NCBI GenBank assembly: GCA_025999335.1
Contig: AP024681.1
Location: forward strand, 459,547-523,546
Length of the DNA stretch: 64,000 nucleotides
Direction of reading: 5' to 3'
DNA from: Candidatus Parcubacteria bacterium
GTDB lineage: Bacteria > Patescibacteriota > Minisyncoccia > UBA6257 > HR35
The stretch's first letter is position 1; every line of letters starts with the position of its first letter. This document shows, piece by piece, positions 57,023 through 64,000 of the stretch. A program made the position numbers and the translations under genes. A model generated the notes under the pieces. It was not told the origin of the DNA. It worked only from the letters and a program-made list of their open reading frames with translations, and did not search any database.

Positions 57023-58030
57023 ATGCCTAAAGTTTCTATTATTACCCCAACTTATAATGTAGAAAAATTTATTGAAAGAGCTATTAAAAGTGTATTATGG
57101 CAGACATTTCAAGATTGGGAAATGATTATTGTTGATGATGGCTCAAAAGATAAAACTGTAGAAATAGTAAAAAAATATGTTGAAAAAGATCCAAGAATAA
57201 AACTTATTGAACGAAAAGAAAATACAGGAGGGCCAGCAATTCCAAGAACAATAGCTTGCAAGGAAGCTAAAGGAGAATACATAGCTTTTTTAGATCAGGA
57301 TGATATTTTTTATCCAGAAAATTTAGAAAAGAGGGTAAGATATTTAGACGAACATCCTGAAATAGACATTTTATTTACGATGGCTTGGACTTTTGATGAA
57401 GATACTAAAAAAATAGTTAATTATGAACACGGTGGTCCGGTTAATTTAATTGTTAGAAGAAAAGTTATTGAAGAAGCTGAATATTTTAAACCTGAACAAA
57501 ACGGAGTTGATGAAATAGGAATGCTTTATAGATATTTTTTAAAAGCCGAAAACAATTTTTCTAAGCAAGTTATTCTAACTAAAGAACCCTTGTCTTTATA
57601 TTCGAGACATCCCGGTCAAGGTTCTTATGTTGAAAATAAAGACCCGATTAAATTTGTCAAAAGAATCGAGTCTTTAATAGACGAATTTTCGGAAGAAAAA
57701 ATAAGTAATATCAAGATAGATGAAAAATTTAGGAACTACATAAAGAAGATTAGATATATTTGGTATTCAAGGTTGGGTAATTTTTATTGTTTAGCGGGTG
57801 ATTTTAAAAAAGGAAAAGAGGCATTTAAAAAATCTTTGAGATTACATTTTAATCTTTTTTCTTTGTTTTTTTTGATTCTTTCTTTTTTAGGATATAAAAA
57901 TTATAGGAAAATTGAATTTTTATTGAGAATGATTCAAAGAAAAATTTTATGGAAATTAAAAGTTTTTGTTTATAAGAGAAAATTTAAAGAAAGTTATGAT
58001 AAAGCCTTAAAAATACTTCAAGAATCATGA
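57023..58030 (+). CDS. Glycosyltransferase family 2
   Basis: 335 aa. It has VSIITPTYNVEKFIERAIKSVLWQTFQDWEMIIVDDGSKDKT and a DxD (FLDQDD). Confidence 0.8.
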   Translation: MPKVSIITPTYNVEKFIERAIKSVLWQTFQDWEMIIVDDGSKDKTVEIVKKYVEKDPRIKLIERKENTGGPAIPRTIACKEAKGEYIAFLDQDDIFYPENLEKRVRYLDEHPEIDILFTMAWTFDEDTKKIVNYEHGGPVNLIVRRKVIEEAEYFKPEQNGVDEIGMLYRYFLKAENNFSKQVILTKEPLSLYSRHPGQGSYVENKDPIKFVKRIESLIDEFSEEKISNIKIDEKFRNYIKKIRYIWYSRLGNFYCLAGDFKKGKEAFKKSLRLHFNLFSLFFLILSFLGYKNYRKIEFLLRMIQRKILWKLKVFVYKRKFKESYDKALKILQES

Positions 58031-59124
58031 AAAGCAAAATTCTTTTAATTTTAAGCAGTGAACAATTTTCCGGAGGAGAAAAAGTAGCTTTAGAAATCGC
58101 TAAAAACTTAAAATCAAATTTTGATTTTATCTTTTTTTTACCTGGAAAACCACAAAAAGAATTTGAAGAAGAACTAAAAAATTTTGAATTTTATTATTCC
58201 CCCCAAAAATCATTTTTAGAGATAATTAAAAATTTAAAGAAAACAATCACTTTTTTAAAGCCGTCAATTATCAATACCCATGGTACAAGAGCTAGCGTTT
58301 TTTTGAAACTTGTTCTTTTTCTCACTTTAAAGAAAAAGTTTAAATTTATTTATACTCTCCACGGTGCTCATTTTGTAAGAAGAAAATTTTCTGTTAATTT
58401 TATTTTTTTGATTTGGGAATTAATTACGAATTATTTGTTTGTAGATTATTTAATTTGCGTCGGTAAAGATGATTATGACCTCATTAAGAAACTAAAATTA
58501 ATTAATAAAAATAAATTGTTTTTAATAGAGAATGGAATAAATTTTGAAGAGTATCAAAACATAGAAAAAGGATATTTAAGAAAAAATTTTAATTTAAAGA
58601 ACGAAATAATTTTAACTACTATTTGTAGACTTCACTATCCAAAGGATCTTAAAACTCTTATTAATGCAGTTAATTTAATCAAAGACGAAAATATAGTTTT
58701 ATTTATAGTTGGCGATGGTCCTGACAGAAATGAATTGGAAGATTTAGTTAGAAATTTAAATTTGGAAAATAAAATAAAATTTTTAGGATTTAGAAAAGAA
58801 ATAAAAGAAATCTTACAAGACACTGATATTTTTATTCTCTCAACCCGTTGGGAGGGTTTACCTTTAGTTATTTTAGAAGCCTGGGCGACAAAAAAACCGG
58901 TTATTGCTTCAGATGTCCATGGTATTAGAGGCTTAATAAAAAATGAAGAATCAGGAATTTTGTTTAAATTTGGTGATCTCGAAGATTTGAAGAAAAAAAT
59001 TTTGCTATTGATCAAGAATGAGAATTTGAAATTCAAAATAGCGAACAATGGTTATGAATTAGTTAAAAAGAAATATAATATTTTTCAAATGGCCCAGAGT
59101 TATAAAGAAATTTATAATAGATGA
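58027..59124 (+). CDS. Glycosyltransferase family 4
   Basis: 365 aa with EGLPLVILEAWATKKPVIASDVHGIRGLI. Confidence 0.75.
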   Translation: MKSKILLILSSEQFSGGEKVALEIAKNLKSNFDFIFFLPGKPQKEFEEELKNFEFYYSPQKSFLEIIKNLKKTITFLKPSIINTHGTRASVFLKLVLFLTLKKKFKFIYTLHGAHFVRRKFSVNFIFLIWELITNYLFVDYLICVGKDDYDLIKKLKLINKNKLFLIENGINFEEYQNIEKGYLRKNFNLKNEIILTTICRLHYPKDLKTLINAVNLIKDENIVLFIVGDGPDRNELEDLVRNLNLENKIKFLGFRKEIKEILQDTDIFILSTRWEGLPLVILEAWATKKPVIASDVHGIRGLIKNEESGILFKFGDLEDLKKKILLLIKNENLKFKIANNGYELVKKKYNIFQMAQSYKEIYNR

Positions 59125-59972
59125 AAAACTTAAAAAAATTACTTTTAAATTACTTTCATTTTATAAGATCTCAGCTCCCTCTTACTAAAATCAAAACTAC
59201 ACCTTTTACTAAAATAAAAATAATTTTGGGAGCAATTTTCAATATTTTCCTTAAACCTCTTCAATTAATTAACCAAAATTTTTATTTTCGATTAAGAAAA
59301 TTCGTTCTAAGTGAAATATATAAAAATATTCAGATAGAAATTCAAAATAAAAAATTTAAGATTAGAGATGATATTGATTTAATGACTCTGTTAGCTGATG
59401 AGGGAATAGATGAATTTTTTAAAATAAGAGACAAGATTTTTTTAGATATAGGAGCTCACATTGGCAAATACTCTATTTTATATTCAGATTTTTACGAAAA
59501 AATTTATGCGTTTGAACCTGAACCCGATAATTTTAATTTATTAAAAGAAAACATTAGATTAAATAACTTAAAAGGAAAAATATTTCCCTTTCAATTAGCG
59601 CTTTCAGACAAAACCAGTAAAATAGAATTTTATTTATCTCCCTATTCAGTTGCCAATTCTCTTATTAAAAATGAAGGATATAAAAAAATTTTAGTTGATA
59701 CAATTACTTTAGATGAATTTTTGAAACAGGAAAAAATTAATTTTAACAACATCTCTTGTATCAAAATTGATGTCGAGGGAGCCGAAGATATGGTTATAAA
59801 AGGCATGGAAAAATCATTCTCATTTTTAAGATGTAAAATAATTATTGAAATTTTGGAAAACAATTCAGAAAATTTTAAATTTATTTCAGAATTTATTAAA
59901 AAGTACAATTTTAAAATAAAAAAAATTAAAGGTGATTATTATTTAGCTTATTATGAAAATTCTTCAAGTTAA
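59121..59972 (+). CDS. FkbM-family methyltransferase (second copy)
   Basis: 283 aa with FLDIGAHIGKYSILYSDFYEKIYAFEPEPDNFNLLKENI. Confidence 0.65.
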   Translation: MKNLKKLLLNYFHFIRSQLPLTKIKTTPFTKIKIILGAIFNIFLKPLQLINQNFYFRLRKFVLSEIYKNIQIEIQNKKFKIRDDIDLMTLLADEGIDEFFKIRDKIFLDIGAHIGKYSILYSDFYEKIYAFEPEPDNFNLLKENIRLNNLKGKIFPFQLALSDKTSKIEFYLSPYSVANSLIKNEGYKKILVDTITLDEFLKQEKINFNNISCIKIDVEGAEDMVIKGMEKSFSFLRCKIIIEILENNSENFKFISEFIKKYNFKIKKIKGDYYLAYYENSSS

Positions 59973-61059
59973 TAAACTTTATTATCCTTGGATAGGTGGA
60001 GTAGAAACAATTGTTAAACAGATTGCTGAAGGGTTGAATAAAAAAAATAGTTTAGAGATTGATGTTTTGGTTTGTAATGATAAAAATGAAACTGTTATTG
60101 AGGAAATTAATGGAGTGAAAATAATGCGGGTCCAAAGTTTTGGTATATTTTGGAGTATGCCAGTTTCTTTTTATTTCTTAAATTTTTACAGAAAAATTGC
60201 TAAAAATTATGATTTAATATTTTTACACTATCCTTTCCCTTTAGGTTTCGTTGCTTACACTTTGTTTTCAAGAAACAAAAATTTAGTTGTTTGGTATCAT
60301 TCAGATATTGTTAGACAAAAGCTTTTAGAAATTTTCTTTCGTCCATTTCATCTTTATGCTCTTAAAAAATCAAAAAAAATTTTTGTTTCCAATCCTAATT
60401 TAATCAAAAGTTCAGATTATTTAAAAAAATTTAAAGAAAAATGTATAGTTATTCCTTTTGGCATTGATTTAAATTATTTTAGAGAAAATGAAGAAATTAA
60501 AAAAGAAGCCGAAGAAATAAGAAAAAAATTTGGCACCCCTCTTATTCTCTCAATCGGAAGGCTTTCTTATTATAAAGGATTTACCTATTTAATTAGGGCT
60601 AGTAAAGAAATTGAGGGGAAAATTTTAATAATCGGGGAAGGGAAATTGAAAAACAAACTTTTAAGATTGATTAATGATCTCAACTTAGAGAATAAGGTTT
60701 TTATTATCCCACCTGTTAATGACTTAAGACCCTATTATTTAGCTTGTGATATTTTTGTTTTACCATCGATTCATAAATCAGAAGCTTTTGGTATTGTGAT
60801 TTTGGAATCAATGGCTTTTGGGAGGCCAGTAATTTCAACAGAATTAGGAACAGGTACAAGTTGGTTAAATATTAATAATGAAACAGGTTTTGTGGTTCAA
60901 CCTAAAAATGAAAAAGAATTAGTTGAGAAAATTAATTTACTTTTGCATAACAAAGAACTTTGTCAAAGATTTAATCAAAACGTAAAAGAAAGGGTAAGGG
61001 GTTTTTCTTTGGATAATTTTTGGGAAAACTTAAAGAAAGAATTAATATCTATTTTTTAA
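59953..61059 (+). CDS. Glycosyltransferase family 4
   Basis: 368 aa with SEAFGIVILESMAFGRPVISTELGTGTSWL. Confidence 0.75.
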   Translation: MKILQVNKLYYPWIGGVETIVKQIAEGLNKKNSLEIDVLVCNDKNETVIEEINGVKIMRVQSFGIFWSMPVSFYFLNFYRKIAKNYDLIFLHYPFPLGFVAYTLFSRNKNLVVWYHSDIVRQKLLEIFFRPFHLYALKKSKKIFVSNPNLIKSSDYLKKFKEKCIVIPFGIDLNYFRENEEIKKEAEEIRKKFGTPLILSIGRLSYYKGFTYLIRASKEIEGKILIIGEGKLKNKLLRLINDLNLENKVFIIPPVNDLRPYYLACDIFVLPSIHKSEAFGIVILESMAFGRPVISTELGTGTSWLNINNETGFVVQPKNEKELVEKINLLLHNKELCQRFNQNVKERVRGFSLDNFWENLKKELISIF

Positions 61060-61456
61060 ACACTAAAAATCTTGAAAAAAGAAAATTGAAAATATAAACC
61101 AAAGCGCTACTTAAAATTATTGAAAGTAGATAGAAAATTTTAAACCACTCTGTAAATACAAAGACTAAAATTGAGTACAACAAAAGCCCTAGAGTTTGGA
61201 AAGAATAAAAACCAACTAATCTTTTAAAAAATAACTCTCTTTTTGTTTTAAAGGTAATAAAAGCTTGAAAGAAAAAATTAAAAATTAAACTTAAAAGATA
61301 ACTACAAATTGCTGAAAGAAGGTAAAACAATCTTAATTTTTCAGTAAAGATGTAAGCTAAGGATAGATTTATTAAAAGAGCCACCAATCCGCCAATTCCA
61401 TACAAAACAAATTTTTTAAACTCTTCTTTTAATTTCATTTTTGTAAAAGACACCAT
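61049..61456 (-). CDS. GtrA-family membrane protein (polyprenyl-phosphate-sugar translocation)
   Basis: 135 aa with four TM helices. FVLYGIGGLVALLINLSLAYIF is the GtrA-like N-terminal pattern. Confidence 0.6.
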   Translation of the reverse strand: MVSFTKMKLKEEFKKFVLYGIGGLVALLINLSLAYIFTEKLRLFYLLSAICSYLLSLIFNFFFQAFITFKTKRELFFKRLVGFYSFQTLGLLLYSILVFVFTEWFKIFYLLSIILSSALVYIFNFLFSRFLVFKK

Positions 61457-63576
61457 ACATCAGCACAACCTATAGGTTTAAAACCTTTGTTTATAAAATT
61501 ATTCGCCTCACTTAAATAAAATTCTCCAAGTTGAGGATGGAAAACTATGGCTAATTTTAAACTTTTTAATTTATTTTCATCTTCTAAACATTTTGGAGAA
61601 AGTTGAATATTTTTCCTTAAATACCACATTGCGATTCCACCATAATATAACCCCATTTGATTTTGTCCTAAGCATATTTCATTATGTTTTAATTGATTTT
61701 TTAACTCTTTTAACACCATAATATCTTTCTCGCCTAAAATCGAATATTTATTTATAAAGAAATCTAATTTTTGGTAAGAGAAATAAAAAGCAATAATTAA
61801 TAATAAAGTCGAAACAAAAATTCCTGTATATTTCAATTTTTCATAAAGATAAATAAATAATAAACTATTAAAAACAGCAACGATTGGCAAAAAGAAAACA
61901 ACGCCAAAAGGATGGGTTGACCATTGAAAAAAAACTAAAGTGTTAATAATTGGCATTAAAAGTAAGGGCAAGAAAATTTTATATTTTTTAAAGTAATTGA
62001 AAAGATAAACAAAGAAACCCAAAACACCTAACCAAAGAAAAACTTTACTAAAATTAAGTTCCATTCTTCCATAAATATCTCTAATCCAAGATTGGAAAGA
62101 AGACCTTGCCGCTCTTCCTTTAAAAGCTTCTATTAGATCAATGAAACCATCAAAGCTTCTTAAAATATAGATGTGCAAAAGATTAAGAGCAAAAACAAAA
62201 ATTGAAACAATTGGCAAAACAATTAATAAAATTTTTCTTTCTTTGTTAAATTCTCTTCTTTTGTCAAATAAAAGATAAAACCAAATTGATGCTGGCATAA
62301 AGAAATAAAACCAAGCCATCAAACCTCCTAAAAATATTGAGGCGATCAGAAAATATAAATAAATATTCTTTTTAGAATAATAGTAAAAAATAAAAAGCGC
62401 AAAAGTAATTAAAGCTGTTGGTAGTCCAAAAACAGATAATTCAAAAGTTGTCCCATAATGTATTGTTCCGGGAAGAAAAATAAAAATTAAAGTAATGATG
62501 GTAGGGAGGAGTAAATTTTTAAAAATTTTTTGTAAAGCAAAATAGAAAAATATTATACCGATAATGAACATTAAAAAGATGCCAGCTCTGGTTGTAAGCT
62601 CCGAAATACCAAAAATTTTATAGAGAAAATAAGTTGGCAAAAGGTAAAACATTGGATGGTGAGTATAAAAAGTATCTTCTTTGCTGTTTTTCAATTTTTC
62701 AAAATCAAAATTATCTTTAGTTAAATAGCCATTAACATATTTACCAAATTTCATTTCTAATGGACCAATATTTAACCAATTTAAAACAGCTAAACCGCTT
62801 TCTCCATTTTGATCGGATGTAACATTAATAAAGAGTTTATTAAGATTATTTAAAGCTAATAGAAAATATATTGCCAACAATAAAAGCAAAATAAAACTAT
62901 TAATTTTCCATCCCCAGCCAATCTTATTTTTCAAATCTATTAGAAACTTTATAGTAATTAATCCATGTTTTAAAGGAAAAAGTTTTGATTCGCCTTCGCG
63001 AGGAGAGTAATTGATGTGCGTTTCTTTAAATTTAAATCCAGCTAAAATAGTTTTTATCTTTAATTCTTGAGATAAAGGCATATCACCGGATGCAAGGTTG
63101 ATTTTTTTTAGAATATCTTTTTTGAAAATCATCATACCTGACCAGGAGTCTTTTAAGCTTATATTAAAAAGAAGTTTGACTATAAAATTAAAAAATTTAT
63201 TGCCCCAAATTCTTGAAAAGCTAAGTGCATTTTTATTTTGCAAAGGAAATCTTGAACAATTTAAAAAATCTAAATTGTTTTTCTCAAAATAATCTACTAA
63301 TTCTAAAATTTTTTCTCCAGGATATTGACCATCAGCATCTAAAGTAACAATAACATCTCCTTTTGCTTCTCGAAAACCTTTTTGCAGTGCATAGCCATAA
63401 CCTTGTTTTGTTTCTTTGATAACTCGAGCACCTAATTTTTTAGCAATATTCGCTGTTTTATCAGTTGAATTGTTATCTACAACAATAATTTCGAACACCT
63501 CTTTAGGTATTTTTTCAATTGTTTTGGCTATGCCTTTTTCTTCGTTGTAGGCAGGAATTATTACTGATATTTTCAT
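61435..63576 (-). CDS. Fusion protein: N-terminal GT2 polyprenyl-phosphate glycosyltransferase (GtrB/DPM1-like) plus a C-terminal ~480-aa polytopic membrane domain (GT-C-like)
   Basis: 713 aa. The N-terminus is MKISVIIPAYNEEKGIAKTIEKIP…VVDNNSTDKT…TLDADGQYP (GT2 with DAD). The C-terminal half has ≥11 hydrophobic helices and a first-loop acidic motif (FDFEKLKNSKED). Confidence 0.7.
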   Translation of the reverse strand: MKISVIIPAYNEEKGIAKTIEKIPKEVFEIIVVDNNSTDKTANIAKKLGARVIKETKQGYGYALQKGFREAKGDVIVTLDADGQYPGEKILELVDYFEKNNLDFLNCSRFPLQNKNALSFSRIWGNKFFNFIVKLLFNISLKDSWSGMMIFKKDILKKINLASGDMPLSQELKIKTILAGFKFKETHINYSPREGESKLFPLKHGLITIKFLIDLKNKIGWGWKINSFILLLLLAIYFLLALNNLNKLFINVTSDQNGESGLAVLNWLNIGPLEMKFGKYVNGYLTKDNFDFEKLKNSKEDTFYTHHPMFYLLPTYFLYKIFGISELTTRAGIFLMFIIGIIFFYFALQKIFKNLLLPTIITLIFIFLPGTIHYGTTFELSVFGLPTALITFALFIFYYYSKKNIYLYFLIASIFLGGLMAWFYFFMPASIWFYLLFDKRREFNKERKILLIVLPIVSIFVFALNLLHIYILRSFDGFIDLIEAFKGRAARSSFQSWIRDIYGRMELNFSKVFLWLGVLGFFVYLFNYFKKYKIFLPLLLMPIINTLVFFQWSTHPFGVVFFLPIVAVFNSLLFIYLYEKLKYTGIFVSTLLLIIAFYFSYQKLDFFINKYSILGEKDIMVLKELKNQLKHNEICLGQNQMGLYYGGIAMWYLRKNIQLSPKCLEDENKLKSLKLAIVFHPQLGEFYLSEANNFINKGFKPIGCADVWCLLQK

Positions 63577-63640
63577 TGATTAATTATAAAATAAAAATTA
63601 ATTTTTAATTTTCATTATTTTATTTTAGCAAAGTTAATTA

Positions 63641-64000
63641 TTAAAAAAGTTTATGTTTTCTAAGCCAATGTTTTATAGCTTTTTCCACTAATTTAGAGCT
63701 TGAATTAATTTTGCCACCCCCAACGCCAAAAACCATTTTACAACCTATTTTTTTGCAAACCTTAACTTCAGGAATATTTTTTCTTGTGCGATCGCCACCA
63801 TTAACGAAAATGTCAGGCGTTAATTTTAAAAGTTCTTGAGACACGCTCATATCTTTAGGATGGCGAGGGTGTTTAGTCAAAATCACTTTATCAACCCATT
63901 TAATTGATCCAATTAAAGCTTTTCTGTCTTTTTGGGGTATTAAAACATATCCCTTTTTAGCCTTTAGCCAATTATCATTATTTAAAATAACAACTAATTC
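63641..64000 (-). CDS. Cytidylyltransferase-like nucleotidyltransferase (RfaE domain II / TagD-like), C-terminal part; gene continues beyond window end
   Basis: The track shows an 81-aa ORF, but the frame stays open upstream to the window edge (…ELVVILNNDNWLKAKKGYVLIPQKDRKALIGSIKWVDKVILTKHPRHPKDMSVSQELL…). The motif FVNGGDRT and the layout resemble sugar-phosphate nucleotidyltransferases. Confidence 0.55.
   Translation of the reverse strand, partial: ELVVILNNDNWLKAKKGYVLIPQKDRKALIGSIKWVDKVILTKHPRHPKDMSVSQELLKLTPDIFVNGGDRTRKNIPEVKVCKKIGCKMVFGVGGGKINSSSKLVEKAIKHWLRKHKLF

Noticed and set aside
51015-59908. Short antisense ORFs 51015–51218, 54526–54714, 55224–55418, 58635–59048, 59642–59908 and 44229–44444
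   Set aside because: All lie antisense inside well-supported peptidase, methyltransferase, glycosyltransferase and repeat-protein genes.
63098-63292. ORF 63098–63292 (+)
   Set aside because: Antisense within the GT2–membrane fusion gene.

Overview
This window is strongly AT-rich and densely coding, with about 60 genes, many separated by 1–4 bp or overlapping slightly. No rRNA genes, CRISPR arrays or recognisable transposase/integrase genes were seen. The gene set looks like a reduced-genome bacterium of the Candidate Phyla Radiation (Patescibacteria/Parcubacteria type); this is inferred from the sequence alone (AT-richness, minimal IF-2 and AspRS, few biosynthetic genes) and is not a database result.

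Main content, in order:
- **1–8.6 kb:** a P-type ATPase gene (5' part; it runs off the window start), folD, tRNA-Val(GAC), glycyl-tRNA synthetase, a large N-terminally anchored beta-rich surface protein, recO, a CtpA-like S41 peptidase and rplI.
- **8.6–14.3 kb:** three tandem secreted proteins that resemble phage tail fibres. They share an IGIGTTxP…LxVxG motif, and the largest (1082 aa) ends in twelve Kelch blades.
- **14.3–19.1 kb:** a PolX/PHP DNA polymerase, a protein with thrombospondin type-3 calcium-binding repeats, and a polytopic membrane protein resembling DUF2339.
- **19.2–27.5 kb:** a complete type IV pilus / DNA-uptake locus: comFC, pilM, pilN, pilO, a Ser/Thr-rich anchored protein, pilB, pilT, pilC and pilD.
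- **27.6–31.7 kb:** gatC, a minimal infB, tRNA-Lys(UUU), rplY and a coiled-coil lytic transglycosylase.
- **31.6–37.5 kb:** an alpha-glucan (glycogen-like) operon: a GDE_C glucosidase, a GT3 eukaryotic-type glycogen synthase, a GH57 enzyme and a GT4/5 synthase.
- **37.5–43.4 kb:** miaA, a type IV pilin gene with a strong promoter, fmt, def, a PD-(D/E)XK nuclease, a short aspS and a small Thr/Gln/Asn/Pro-rich anchored protein.
- **43.5–45.7 kb:** a second small Ser/Thr-rich anchored protein and a secreted PD40-like tandem-repeat protein.
- **45.8–52.7 kb:** an orphan ribA-like GTP cyclohydrolase II behind a promoter–hairpin–terminator leader, then an M19 dipeptidase, a 594-aa unknown protein, a second GDE_C glucosidase, an M20 peptidase and a class IV aminotransferase.
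- **52.8–64 kb:** dgkA, then a large surface-glycan island: three methyltransferases (two FkbM), five glycosyltransferases, GtrA, a fused GT2–polytopic-membrane protein and a partial nucleotidyltransferase.

All product calls come from motifs I can read in the translations. No homology search or HMM scan was possible, so family-level calls should be confirmed.
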